DNA from: Mytilus californianus
Lineage: Eukaryota
DNA length: 64,000 nt
Assembly (NCBI RefSeq): GCF_021869535.1
Contig: NW_026262581.1
Location: 79,422,001-79,486,000 of the forward strand
Reading direction: 5' to 3'
The translations under genes were made by a program, and so were the position numbers. Under the pieces are notes generated by a model. The model was not told where the DNA came from and did no database searches. It saw nothing but the letters and a program-made list of their open reading frames with translations. This document shows, one piece after another, positions 40,392 through 53,956 of this stretch. Within the stretch, counting starts at the first letter, position 1, and each line of letters starts with the position of its first letter.

Positions 40392-41052
40392 TGTTTTTCG
40401 TCTTGCCAAGACAAAGTAAAAAAAAAACAAGACTTAGGTGTACTGATACGCCTTATCGCTATTTGTCCGCCATTACTGGACATCACACAAGTTCCCGTAA
40501 AATTTTGACGTCATAATAGAAAATGTCTGACGCCACAATGGAAAAGTGATTGTTGTATGACGTCAAAAGTTCGAGCGGGACAGATTCTCGGGTCAAGCGG
40601 GAATAGCGATAAGGTGTATTCTGGTGATGGTGTCAACAATGTATGAGTTTGTTATAAGGTCAGTTTAAGGGATTGACCATTAGGTTAATGATATTTAGTA
40701 TGCAGTGGTATTAGTATTGGCACATCTCATTTCCATGGAGATTATTTGGCCCTGTCCCCTCAGTCATGGTCTATTGATTTTGAATACCATAGTTTACATG
40801 TTAAAGTTTGTGATTAGGTCAGTTTAAGATGAACCAAAAATATTAAATCAATGATATTTGGTATGCATTTGTATTAGGATTGTCATTCTCTATTTCCACT
40901 GAGGTTATTTGGCCCTGTACCTTCAGTCATGGTTCATTGACTTTGAATGTTTTGCTTAGTGTACATGTAAAAATATTGCCATTTTAATTTCAACATTTGC
41001 ATTATGATTTCCAAATTACATAAAAGCAAGACCTATCTCTGTGTCAACAGTT
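40392..41052 (+). mobile_element. HINE-like element (same family as 6761-7753) with a nested MITE
   Basis: Internal repeats are the reverse complement of the 7040-7680 units; tail agcaagacctatctctgtgtcaacagttt. Confidence 0.7.
40449..40616. mobile_element. 168-bp TA-flanked MITE
   Basis: TA-CGCCTTATCGCTATT ... AATAGCGATAAGGTG-TA. Confidence 0.8.
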
Positions 41053-41471
41053 TATATGGCAAATATTTCATTTTGAAGTGTTTTAATTTTGGCACTTTCA
41101 TTCTTAATAGGCACAAAATAAACCAAAACATGACTACTGCTTAAGGTAAGCTCAACTGAGGAAATTTTGTATCTACAACAAGGTCTGACAAATCATACAA
41201 CTCTGAATTTGAAATTTAGTACACATATTCATTGTAATGTAAACCAAATTAGGATTTTGACCCAGATTTTATGGTTCACTGAACATGAAAATGTGAGCAG
41301 GGCATTGTGTCCTATGTACACATATTCTTCTTAAATTACTACTTTGGCCTATCCCCTCAACTTTCTATGTAATGTGTCTAAAAAGACCACCAATAGCAAA
41401 TGACAAGTATTTTTTTTAATAGTTGAAAGATATGCATTGGTGTATGTTATTTTTAAATATATTTTTTTCAG

Positions 41472-41536
41472 AAACATTTATTGGAGTGGCTCTGGTTGTA
41501 TTAGGAGTAGCATTGTGTGTTTCAAATAAAGTTTAA
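41472..41536 (+). CDS. TMEM234: TMEM234 last coding exon (stop TAA 41534-41536)
   Basis: (E)TFIGVALVVLGVALCVSNKV* is the final TM helix. Acceptor tttttcag. Total CDS is 381 nt (126 aa plus stop). Confidence 0.9.
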
Positions 41537-42292
41537 AGCCGTATAAGTAAGTATTTTACCTATTAGTTGAACATGGAAATAAACAGCTTTACTTTATGTT
41601 TTGTCTTGTCCCAGACAAGTAAAATATTGTAAAATGCAGGATTTTTCTGTGACTTTGCACATTGGTTTATTTTGATGTGAGGGTCACTGGTTGTCAGATT
41701 TGCAAAACGATTAATGAAGTGTCAAGTTCATGTATCTACATGAAATGAAATGTAATGCATATACATGTATTTAAAGAAATTTAAAAAAATGTCTAAACCA
41801 CTACGAATTTTTGTAGATCCTTTGCCAATAAACAGGCATTATGAAGAAAAATGGATATAAAGAATTAATTCATGAGACAAAATCACAACACACACCTGGA
41901 AAACCTAATGCTTAGGAACAACACTTAAATTGCTGCTTTTCATCTTGAAGTCACAGTGAGCATGAAGCAAAAACTCTCACCTCACTACAATTACAAGTTG
42001 AACCTTGCACTGGGTTTGAGCAGAATTCTTTCCTAGATCATGCTACAGCTGCCAAGTAATATCAAGAAAATATAAATCATATCTGTCAAAAAAACCTAAC
42101 CAATACGGTCACTACGTGAGGAGTTCGTTAGTTTTGAATATATTTCCAGGTTTATATACCAATCAAACATATACTTCTATATAAAAATAAGGAGATGAGG
42201 TATGATTGCCAATGAGACAACTATCCACCAAAGTTCAAATAAAGTGGATGTAAGCAATTATAGGCAACTGTACGGCCTACAACAATGAGAAT

Positions 42293-43919
42293 AAAATGCT
42301 CCGCTGGGGCGCAGCTTGATACGACCGCAGAGGTCGAACCCTGAACAGTTGGGGCAAGTATGGACACAACATTCAAGCTTGGTACAGCACTGATTTGGAT
42401 TGTAATTAAATATTTGACACAGCATAGGTTTCTGACACAGAATGAAAGTGGTCTAAGAACTTAAAAAATTTTAATTTACCTATTCAAACCATATCTTTAT
42501 TATTTGCTTTTATATATAAATCAGAAATAACCAATTAAAAATGGAAAATTTTAAAGAAAAAAAAGGAAAAAAAAATCCCCCCCCAAATTTTTTGAACCCC
42601 CTTATGATTCATCACCCCCAAACTCAATCCCAGCCTTCCCTTTGTGGTATGGTACCTTGCAGTACAATTTCAGAGAGATCCTTACACTTGAACACAAGTA
42701 ATTGTCTGGAAACTAGCAAAATGCTTGTTTTTTGGCCCCTTTTTGGCCCCAAATTCCTAAACGTTTAGGGCAATTACCCCCAAACTCAAACCCAGCTTTC
42801 CCTTTGTGATATGGAACCTTGCAGTACAATTTCATAAAGATCCATACACTTACACACAAGTTATTGTCCTGAAACTAGAAAAATGCTTGTTTTTTTGCCC
42901 TTTTATGGCCCCTTATTACTAAAATTTTGAAGGAATTACCCCCAAAATCAATCCCAGCCTTCCCTTTGTGGTATGGTATCTTGCAGTACAATTTCAGAGA
43001 GATCCATACACCTGAACACAAGTTATTGTCTGGAAACTAGTAAAATGCTTATTTTTGGCCCCTTTTTGGCCCCTTATTCCTAAACTTTTTGGGCAATTAC
43101 CCCCAAACTCAATTCCAGCTTTCCCTTTGTGATATGGAACCTTGTAGTACAATTTCATAAAGAACCATACACTTACACACAAGTTATTGTCATGAAACTA
43201 GAAAAATGCTTGTTTTTTGCCCCTTTTTGGCCCCTAAATCCTAAAATTTGGAGGCAATTACCCCGAAAATCAATCCCAGCATTCCCTTTGTGATATGGAA
43301 CCTTGTGATACAATGTCAGAGAGATCCATAGACTAACACACAAGTTATTGTCATGAAACTAGGAAAATGCTTGTTTTTTGCCCCTTTTTTGCCCCTAAAT
43401 CCTAAAATTTGGAGGCAATTACCCCGAAAATCAATCCCAGCATTCCCTTTGTGATATGGAACCTTGTGATACAATGTCAGAGAGATCCATAGACTAACAC
43501 ACAAGTTATTGTCATGAAACTAGAAAAATGCTTGTTTTTGGCCCCTTTTTGGCCCCTAATTCCTAAAATTTGGAGGCAATTACCCCCAAAATCAATCCCA
43601 GCATTCCCTTTGTGTTATGGAACCTTGTGGTACAATGTCAGAGAGATCCATACACTTACACACAAGTTATGTCTGGAAGTTACAAAAATGCTTATTTTTG
43701 GCCCCTTTTTGGCCCCTAATTCCTTAACTGTTGGTACCATAACCCCCAAAATCAATCCCCACCTTCCTTTTGTGGTATTGAACCTTATGGTAAATTTCAT
43801 TGAGATCCATTCACTTAAACTAAAGTTAGAGTGCGAAAACTAATGTGTCTTCGGACGAAGACGACGCCAACGTCATACCAATATACGACCTCAAAAATTT
43901 TTTTGCGGCCGTATAAAAA
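42293..43919 (-). mobile_element. HINE family B copy with about 8 internal 160-bp units, inserted in a SINE-like repeat
   Basis: Same ends as 17068-18058; the flanks rejoin to match the uninterrupted copy at 37081. Confidence 0.88.
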
Positions 43920-44726
43920 AACCATACCATATAGTTGGCTATAAAAGGCCCCAACATGAAAAATATGAAACAATTCAATTAAGAAAACTAACAGTCTACT
44001 TTATAACAAAACAATTTACGAACAACAAATATGACAGACATGAACAACAACCACTGAACTACAGGCTCCTGACTTGGGACAGGCACATAAAGAATGTGGC
44101 GGGGTTAAACATGTTTGTGAGCGCTCAACCCTCCCCTAACATAGGACAGTGGTGTGTTTGTATGTATGTTTGAACAAGGCTAGCTATACTGCAATACACA
44201 TTTATATACCCTGCACACAACATGGAAGTGTTCTGGAAATAAATTTTTATTTCATGAATAATATGCCAGGAAAACCTAAATGGATAATGGTCTTGTTTAA
44301 GAGTGAAAGCTTCTGGACACAGCCACTGTAAAACTGCTATTCACTTTAATCACCCTATTTTAAACAGCCTTACACAATTAAATATCATCACATTAATCAC
44401 AAGAGGTGAGTTTGCATCTGAAAACATGGGGTGCAATGCAATTTCAATTTTCTCACCCAGTGGCTCCTATTAAAATCAGAAATTATTGCAGGCATTTATT
44501 ATTGCGATCTTTGAAAAAAGGACAAAAATGCAAGGTTTATAGTTATTGGGATTTCAGGAAGGTCTGCATACAGATATATGTATCTTATATCAGAATGTGA
44601 GTTCTTACTATCGCAATACTCACCCAGTGGCATTAATAAAATCCTTGAAATAATTTCTGATTTTACTGTAAATCCTTGAGAATGCTTGATTTTTCTAAAA
44701 TGATTTTTTTCTTCTTTTATTCCCAG

Positions 44727-45093
44727 AAAACCATCATGATTGAGACCTTGCCAGAGGATTGAAGAAATGTCAGTTGTTGACAGAACTGAATGTGTCACAA
44801 AAACCTTATTTTAGTTGCATAGGTGAAGTTACAGATTTAACTATGGCAAATATTGTGAAGTATATACCACATATTCAATGTCTCAATATTGAAGGGAATA
44901 ATGAAATCACTGTTAAAGGAATTGACAAAGTAGTACTATACTGCCAGTCACTGGAATTATTAGAATGTACTTAAGAAAAATGAAGACTTTAGATATTTCA
45001 CATTGGTTGATGTCTATGGTGAATGAAAGGACTGAGGGTAGAGAGTTTACTTGGCGTTTTAGTAAGGAAGATGCAAGTGTTGAGTTTTACAAT
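44727..45093 (+). pseudogene. Decayed leucine-rich-repeat (FBXL/RNI-like) coding exon
   Basis: After acceptor ttttattcccag, three frames can be stitched with two 1-nt frameshifts: KTIMIET/LARGLKKCQLLTELNVSQKPYFSCIGEVTDLTMANIVKYIPHIQCLNIEGNNEITVKGIDKVVLYCQSLELLECT/LRKMKTLDISHW. This shows LRR periodicity (LxxLxxLxI...IT). Confidence 0.6.
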
Positions 45094-48000
45094 TAAATCA
45101 AAGTCCAAACATACTAAGAGAATGCATGGCCTGAGTTTACTGGATGAAGTTTCAAACATTTTGTACAGAATTTTTCTTCTAACATTTTGTTTACAAAAAA
45201 TTCTTACATTTTTTTTTGTACAGTATTTTTTTGTAACATTTTATATATAGTATTTTTCTTACACTTCCCCCCTACTAGTATGTAACTTTATTCTTTGTCA
45301 TTATTTTGAATTGGACAAAAGATGAGTCGAGCTGAATTCAATACAATGAAACCTGTCTAAACCTCTTTCTTGACAAACACAGTTGTCATATTAGACAGGT
45401 TGAATAACTTTACAATATTCCAAGTGTATCGTGATGTGAGAATTCCAATTTATGCAGAGTTTAGATAGGATTCACTTCATTTCTTTTAAGAAAGTTTCAA
45501 TTACTTTTCTGCTCTGTTAATCTCTCCCAAACAGGAAACCTTCTTGTTTGATACCAATTTCTTAAGGATTTTTTTTACTCACATTTTATTGGTATGAAGG
45601 ATCATACATATTTATGGTAAACCAAAAATCATTTGATGAAGAATATTTCAATATCTACTTATATAAGAGTAAGGAGACGTGTTGTGATTGTGTATAAGAC
45701 AGGTATTCACCATAGTTCAAATGACATGGATCTAAGCAACTAAGGTCATCATACAGCCTCAACAATGAGAAAACCCATGCCATATAATCAGCTATTTGTT
45801 TCTGTACATCTGAAACATGAATCATGAATCACACACTTCAGCATTCACTCCTTTTGCTTATAGAGGAAAAATAAGTTTTCAATACGAATGTTATGTAAAA
45901 ATACAGTCATACCTGATATAATTGTCATCTCTCTTGCATGAGTAAGGAAAACTTGTCTTGTCAAGTCAATCATTTCTTGTCCCTCTGTAATAATACCAGA
46001 GCATTTTTATCAGAAATGAAGAAGCAGAGCTTCCTGTTTGGTACCAAGCTTCATGTGAGCATGCTGTACTTGAAAAACATTCATATTGTGTCAACTTCCT
46101 GTAATACCTTTAAATTTGGTGACACTCGATTTCGTAAAAAAAAATTAATACCCACCTCCTCCCCAGCTTGACCTGAAAGTTAGAATTTTCATTCATCGTT
46201 AAGATTTAAACATTATGGACTGGTTATTTTAACAAACATGGTATCTGCTCCCAAAAGTTGAGATGTTTCACTATTATTAGCAAATTTATAGTGAAGGGGA
46301 GATAATTCTAAATTATTTGACTTTTCAAAATTTGAAATAGCTGATTATTATTGATTGATGACATTTTGTTTTTTTACCTTATTACAAAATATGCTTTTAT
46401 GAGTTGAGATACTAAAGGTATTGTTTATTTAAATTCACAATTGGAAATAATAATTGTAGTGTATGCTACATTTGATACTTGTATAATAACTGTCACATTT
46501 GTGAGCTTCATTAGTGAGAAATAGCTTAGGTTACATCTTATTGATGCATGTTTATGACATTTTCATGATTCACTGTATTTTATGTTCATTTTCATGATAA
46601 CCTGAATAATGTACAGTAAATTCATTATTATTTCTAAAGTACTGGTACTAATTTTAGCGTATATCAATGGTATAAGTCAACCACAAATTTATGTATTCAA
46701 CTAAGTATCAATCTCTTTGGATTGTGTTTAGAATTTGTAGAAATCAAGCATCCACTATAATACTTTATCCCTTAAATCCATGAAAATGTGAGCCATTGAA
46801 TAATTAAATACACAGTGTATAACTTTTTATGATCATATGGCTTTAAAAACACAAAAACATCATTCATAATTTTTATATATTTAAAATAACTACAACAAAG
46901 ATAATATCCCACACAAACTGCAGTCTTCACAATACACTTTTTCCCACACATAAATGAACTTCTATTTTAGAATAACACTTTTTTTAAATATTGTTCAGGT
47001 CTACAAATGAAGTTCTTGTATGATCAGTGGAATTTTGATAGCCTTAAAGTCATTAACAATAAAGACTGATACAGTCAGAAATTATATGTCATCATATACA
47101 TGCACTATAACCCTTTATTGAATTCGTTTACAGACTGGAGAACAATAATCTCTATATAAAGAACAAAAGTTCAAACAAACAAAAATATTGTCTTCAGTTT
47201 TGCCACAGCTCAATGTTATCCTGTATGAATATGTCTCACCTATTTCAGCTTTCTTGCCCCTGAAACCTATGGCTAAATATTGACTTCTTTGGTCAGGAAA
47301 GCTATAGGATATGAATTTAACCATGTATTAAACCACTGTGTTTTCTTTTTCTTTTGTTACACTTTAAATTCTAATATTTTCTTGAATGTCAGTTTTTCAT
47401 GGATTTGAAAAATAAAAGTTTATTTATCTTAAAAAGGTATTTACAAGATATAGGATAACAGCTCTACCAATATGTACTTGTTACACCTTTGTAAGGCTAT
47501 CAGTGTTTCAAATTTCAAATTTGTTTGATGATCTTGTACATGTATATCAAATATGTGACTTTTACTCCTGCTGACCTACTTTTTTACCTAATTATGAACA
47601 ATATACAAGTTTCAAATTTGATTGATGATCTTATATACATGTTTATCAAATAGGTAAAAAGCTATATTGCATTAAAAAGGACTTATATACACCAAGGTAT
47701 GGGCAACATAACAACATTAAAGTTTGACAATAACGTTTCAGATTTATATATTTTAAATATTGCTAACAACAACAAATGCATAAGACATGTAAAAAATAAA
47801 CTTGAAAAATAAATGGTAACAATGATAAATCAATATAAGATCATACCAACAACATGAAAGACAAATCTGCAAAATGACAAATATGAATGAATATATTTTA
47901 AAATATACATATACACCTTTTTCATATAAAATTGACATGGTCATGATCAATAAAAAAAATTCCCAAACTCCAGAAAATATACCAAATGAAAGTAAACAAT

Positions 48001-48291
48001 GAAGTAAATGCACTAATAAAAATTAACTGAATATAACAGGACAAAACACTAAAGTTCCTTTATAATCAGCATAATTTATAATGTTTTCTGAGATTCAACT
48101 GAATTACTCTAAATCGAGTATGAGTTATTTCCCTTGAGACATATTTGTCATCAGTAAGAATATATTAAAATTTGAAAAGCATTGTTTACACTGTTCATAA
48201 GTTATTGCATGGAAATTGTTTGCAAAAATTTTTATGTTATACATTTTGTATTTGAAATGTTATGCTACTTGGTAATATTAAATTTTGACAG

Positions 48292-48460
48292 AACATGAAA
48301 TAGTTTTAGGCAAGTCCGTATATAAACAAAGTTTGCTATTATATTAAAACATGAAATAGTTTTAGGCAAGTCCGTATATAAACAAAGTTTGCTATTATAT
48401 TAAAACATGAAATAGTTTTAGGCAAGTCTGTATATGTCGGTAAACTGAGTTTGCTATAAT
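48292..48460. repeat. 56-bp tandem repeat, about 3 copies
   Basis: Unit starts at 48292, 48348 and 48404. Confidence 0.9.
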
Positions 48461-48849
48461 ATTAGTACGAGGAACTACTCAGAATTTGAAATGGGACAAT
48501 AATGAAAGACTATCTAACTAGCCAGTATAGACTAGATGATTAACAAATATACCTTGACAAAAGTAATTAGTGGTAAAATGGCAGTATATCACAGAATGTT
48601 GAGGAAATTGGCAAGCATTCATCACATCTATTATAAAAAAATATCTTTACAAAATATATACAACTGGTCCATTACAAACAACGTATTGGACCAAAAATAT
48701 AGTACATTAAACAAACAACACTGTCAACATAAAAACACACAAAAAAAGAAAGGATAACATATTTCTGTTTTATAAAAGAATCCAATTTGATTTCAAAATC
48801 TCGCGTGCCATTGGTATTTATTTTTGATTGACAAAAATGAAAGAAAAAG

Positions 48850-48980
48850 TATGCCATTGCATTAGCTGAATGTCCATTGGTTAATTATAAAAGTATACCA
48901 TTGCATTTGCTGAATGTCCATTGGTTAATTATAAAAGTATACCATTGCATTCGCTGAATGTCCATTGCGTAATTATAACC
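48850..48980. repeat. 44-bp tandem repeat, 3 copies
   Basis: Unit starts at 48850, 48894 and 48938. Confidence 0.9.
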
Positions 48981-49231
48981 ATTCAAAATAAAATTCTAAT
49001 ACCTCTGAAAATATATTTCAGATCTTTAAAATTCTGAAATAACAAATTTACTTGTTCTGACAGTTTCTGTAGCTTGAACTTTTCTGCCCATTTTTGTACA
49101 TGTATCACATAATTATTGGATTTTCTTGATGAACACTCGCATTCCAATAAATGTTTATTGCTATATGTTAATGATATCAGATCTGATTGTATGATTATCC
49201 TTGCGCTGAGATCTGTTGTTATAATGGAGAT

Positions 49232-49318
49232 TCAGAAATTGAATAGTTTCAAAAAAGCTTCTGGCTGGAGGATTCTGGCCGCTGGCTCTTCTTTACTGAT
49301 ACAGGGATGACCAATTGA
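49232..49318 (-). CDS. FBXO32: F-box only protein 32/25 (atrogin-1-like), last coding exon
   Basis: SIGHPCISKEEPAARILQPEAFLKLFNF* matches the FBXO32 C-terminal HPC...FxxLFxF pattern. Stop TGA at 49232-49234. Confidence 0.92.
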   Translation of the reverse strand, partial: SIGHPCISKEEPAARILQPEAFLKLFNF

Positions 49319-49707
49319 CTATATAAAAAAAAACATAAAAATATTAATGATATAGAAGAACAATAAAACTTTTTTTACATTGCAGAACTTTATTTGAAAT
49401 AATTCATTGGCAGAAGTTTTTTTTTTTTTTTTTGCATTGCAACATTTCTGATACATGTAAATGCTATACAATACATGGTGGCCTTGGGCTGTTTTCTGCT
49501 CTTTGGTCGGGTTGTTGTCTCTTTGACACATTCCCCGTTTCCATTCTCAATTCTACTATAAGTTATCAATGAGCATAGATATCATATTCTTATCTGAAAT
49601 ATCAGAAATATTTCGTCTTCTTTGAGAAAACATTATAATATATAAATATGTTATTTTAGATTGAAAGTAAAGGCTAGAGCAATGAATGTATAATTTATAT
49701 ATTTTAC

Positions 49708-49780
49708 CTTCCAAAAGATGTTGTCACAATGTAAACATATAGCCAGCGTATCTGCATATATTTCTTTTCTTCCATATCTC
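49708..49780 (-). CDS. FBXO32: FBXO32/25-like coding exon 7
   Basis: (L)RYGRKEIYADTLAICLHCDNIFWK contains the family motif Y.D.L..C.HC..LFWK. Canonical splice sites. Confidence 0.93.
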
Positions 49781-50342
49781 CTAAAGTTAGCAACAAAAAA
49801 TAACAAAATTGTTAATAACAAAACTTTATTACACAATGACAACATTATTAAAATGTTAATACATGTATAGAGATATTTATAACCTATATGATTGCCTATG
49901 TAACCTACTTACAAAAGCTACAGACACAGGAAACAGCACCAAAAATATTTCTGATTATAATTATAATTTTTTTTAACTGAACTACAGGCTTCTGACTTGG
50001 GACAGACTCATACAGAATGTAGCGAGCGTTAAACATATTTGTGAGCGCTCAACCCTCCCCTTAACCGGGGACAGTACTTGTTTGTTCTAAAATTCTAAAA
50101 GAATGCATTAAAGACCTAGCTTCATTGTTTTCATTTGTATACTTCAATACTTTAAGATGATCTTTTGATTATGTGTTGAAAAAAGTTAAATGTCTTTTGA
50201 TTAGTTTTCTATTTAATCTGATAAGATTGATTCTATCGGCTTTTGGTATACTGTTTTTGACTTTGTTAAAGCAAACATCTACAATCTTTACCCACATAAT
50301 CAAGTGTGTTGATGAAATATTACCTTTATTGTAGGTTGTCAG

Positions 50343-51553
50343 TTTTTATACGACCACAAAAAATTTGCGTTCGTATAATGCTATCATGTCGGCGTCGTCG
50401 TCCGAAACACATTTGGTTTCCAGACAATAACTTTAGTTTAAGTGAATGGATCTCTATGAAATTTTACCAGAAGGTTCAATACCACAAAAGGAAGGTTGGG
50501 ATTTGGGGGTTATGGTACCAACAGTTTAGGAATTAGGGGCCAAAAAGAAGCAAAAAACAAACATTTTTGTAGTTTCCGGACAATAACTTGTGTGTAAGTG
50601 TATGGATCACTCTGAAATTGTACCACAAGGTTCCATATCACAAAGGGAAGGCTGGGATTGGGTATGGGGGTAATTGCCCCAAACGTTCAGGAATTAGGTG
50701 CAAAAAAGGGGCCAAAAACAAGCATTTTTCTAGTTTCCAGACAATAACTTGTGTTTAAGTTAATGGATCTATCTGAAATTGTACTACAAGGTTCCATAAT
50801 TTTTTGGGGTTTTTTTCCCAGAAATTTTCCATTTTTACATTGATTATTTCTGATTTATATATAAAAGCAACAAATACTGATATGGCAGGAGATACACAGC
50901 AAACAGGGTGTGTAAATTATTATATATAACAGATTAACTAAGTATTGTGCAACAGCACAGTATTGCGCAATAGCAAGAAATCTTCAATTGAAAATAAATA
51001 CAAATCTTTTAACCAATTTCAATGGGATTAAATTAAGTCTTTCATTTTTGGGGGTTCTAACCTTGTATTACTATTTTGGATATTGGGCCCCATTTTTGAA
51101 TTGGTCTACATTGGGGTCCAAAATTAAACTTTGTTTGATTTCATCAAAAACTGAATTATTGCGGCTCTATGATATGCTGAATCTTATTGTGCATTTAATT
51201 TTTTTATTTTGGGCCCTGTTTTCAAATTAGTCCATATTAAGGTTTGAAGGGTCCAAAATTAAACTTTGTTTGATTTCAACTAAAATTAAATTTTTGGTGT
51301 TTTTTATATGCTGAATCTAACCATGTTGTTAGATTTTGGATATCAGACCATACTAGGTGAATTAAATGTCCCATTTCAAATTTTTAAGATCTCTGACCAC
51401 ATTTATTTTGTGTCAGAAACCTATATTATGTCAAAAATTTGATCACAATCCAGATTCAGACAGTATCAAGCTTGAATATTGTGTCCAAACTTGCCCCAAC
51501 TGTTCAGGGTTTGACCTCTGCGGTCATATCAGGCTGCGCTCAGCAAAGCATTT
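50343..51553 (+). mobile_element. HINE family B copy in an FBXO32 intron
   Basis: tttttatacgacc head, GTC microsatellite, 2-3 internal units and ctgcggtcatatc tail. Confidence 0.8.
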
Positions 51554-52070
51554 GATTTTACCATTCAATGATACACGAAGATTTCCTTGGTGTTTGTTTC
51601 TATTTGTTTGTCTATTGAAAATTCAGCATGGGATCAATATATATGGTCTGCTCTCCTGAATATATTCACATCTTGTCTGAAGAGGTGATTTATTTTTTTT
51701 TACATTTAACGCCAAAAATCATCTCATGCACACACCCCCCCCCCCCCCCCCTCCCCCATATATACCAATAGATGTACATGTAATCTCAATGATGTCTTTT
51801 TTTATATTAATCACTCCCTTCCCACTGTCAATGTATATTTGTTACGCCTAACATAAGTACCCCTGGAATTTTGTTATAAACAATACCATAATATCTGCTC
51901 CTGTTAGAACAAATATTCTATACCATTTATTCTGTAAGGAATAAATTCTGTAAAATTTGTTCTAGTGGAAAAAATATTACAGAATATTTCTTCCATCTGG
52001 AACTTATATTATGAAGGAACTTATTTTTCATGACACCACCCATGTACCCTTCTACTAAAGACAAACCTAC

Positions 52071-52336
52071 AAGAAGCATTTTCTGTAGATATGTTTCCAG
52101 TTTATAAAATCTTCATCGATACCAAGTTGATCTGGTACAAAGGTAAGTAACTGTCTGTCTGTGAAATGGAAGAAACTCATGTGTTTCCATATGAGCTGTG
52201 ATTCTGTGATGTGAAAGATACTTGACTTTGTCATGCCAGTGTGGACTACATCTTTATGGTCAGCCAATCTTTCCAGGATACATCTAATGCAGTCTTCTGG
52301 TAAATCAGATATTGTAGGTTTCCCATCTTCCTTTCT
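52071..52336 (-). CDS. FBXO32: FBXO32/25-like coding exon 6 (F-box)
   Basis: RKEDGKPTISDLPEDCIRCILERLADHKD...LIWKHMSFFHFTDRQ...NWKHIYRKCF contains an F-box signature. 266 nt, phase 0/2. Confidence 0.93.
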
Positions 52337-52772
52337 CTTTAAGATATTAAATTGAAAATATATATGTGACTACTTCAAATCAATCAATAACGACTTATGT
52401 AGATTGTTAAGTGTTAATATTTTTACAAAAATTATCTAGGAAAAAGTGCTGTGGAATATTTCTTTAGTACCGGTAATTATAATTTATGTGTAAATGGTGA
52501 TGTCTTTTTTGTATTCTGGTTTCCTGATATATTGAGATGAAGAAGGGAGGAGAGATCTTCAGAATAATATTGAAATATTATGTAGAATTAGTATAAATAA
52601 GGCTAGAATTCATCCCATTTTTCCCTAGAAAAACCTCATGGACCCAATTATCACACCCCCTTTTTTTCCAAAGTAGTTGAATCCACCATGAGACCAACAG
52701 AATTCTACAGATGGGAAAACTTGATAATAATTTAATTCCTGTGACTATTTTATGTCCTTCTTGCAGCCTTAC

Positions 52773-52942
52773 CATAAAAGTTTTACAACCATTCAATTTG
52801 TTTTTCATTCTTTGAACTGCTTGGAAATGTTTGTTCCACAAGGTTGTACATCCAATATGGCTGTATCTACCATCGTTGAGAGAATTTGTGGCACAATCAA
52901 GTAAATCTGACATGGCTTTGGTGTTGTTCTTGGTCTTAACAA
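52773..52942 (-). CDS. FBXO32: FBXO32/25-like coding exon 5
   Basis: (V)VKTKNNTKAMSDLLDCATNSLNDGRYSHIGCTTLWNKHFQAVQRMKNKL...; flanked by ttttag and GTAAGG; phases consistent with both neighbours. Confidence 0.9.
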
Positions 52943-53573
52943 CTAAAATTTACAAGTAAATATTTAATCAGACAAGGCACTGCAATAGGGACTTTCTCAC
53001 TTCTTTGTGGGACAGGAAAATATAAATGTAAATATGAAACAGGTGTGGGTGCAAGCAAAAAAATCATAATAATTAACAATATAGATATTAGCTAGGTGGA
53101 ACTTTTTAAGTAGACTAGGATCACCATCTATAAAAGTCATTCCAGTAAAGAAAAGGCCCAACACACACATTCTTGAAATGAAAGGTATTGTCATGGCAAA
53201 TAAGAATATATATTTACAGTTGATGGTAGGGAATCTAAACAGTTTTAATCTATTTAACAATTAATTTTGATATTTGACCTTGAAGGTCAGAGGTTATCTT
53301 CCATGGTACGCAACACTTCATCTTGGGGTGATGACTACCCTTGTGCCAAATATCAAAGCTTACTTCATAGGATAAAAAAGTTTTGTTCCAGGTTAAAAAT
53401 GTAAAAAAAATATCAATTATGTTGACCTTCAGGTCAAAAGTCAAGGTCATGATCACAGTCAGATGATATGACCTTCATGTCAAATACCATAAGCCAACTG
53501 TACACTCATCAAACTAACTTAATTCTAAATCGGGAAAGACTAAGAAATGTCCATTATTGAAAATAATCTTTAC

Positions 53574-53667
53574 CTTGGATTACCATTTCGTCTAATATAC
53601 TGAAGATATATTTCTGTGACGTTCCTGACATGTTCACTAAACTTTTACTCAACAATACATGTAGTAT
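53574..53667 (-). CDS. FBXO32: FBXO32/25-like coding exon 4
   Basis: ILHVLLSKSLVNMSGTSQKYIFSILDEMVIQ resembles LSGxAQKNFxxILEK of FBXO32. Flanked by ttttgcag and GTAAAG. Confidence 0.9.
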
Positions 53668-53755
53668 CTGCAAAAGAAATGAACTTATATAATACATGAC
53701 TATGTCATCCACAGGCGCTTAGGTACTGGCTTTGAATAATTTTTTTTTCATAGTT

Positions 53756-53956
53756 TGAGCCTCCTCATGGTGTTTTTGATTATGTGATTACTTGACCGTT
53801 TTTATAGTGATTATTTGATTACCAGACCAAATATTTTTTATGATTATTTGATTATTTGATTATGTTGTTTAAAAAAATAATTAATGATTATGTGATTATA
53901 TTGGCAAAACATTTGTGATTATGTGATTACTTGGACACCCCCATGAGGGGCCTCTA
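53756..53956. mobile_element. Small MITE-like element with internal GATTATGT/GATTATTT repeats
   Basis: Imperfect TIRs gagcctcctcatggtgt / acacccccatgaggggcctc. Confidence 0.5.
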
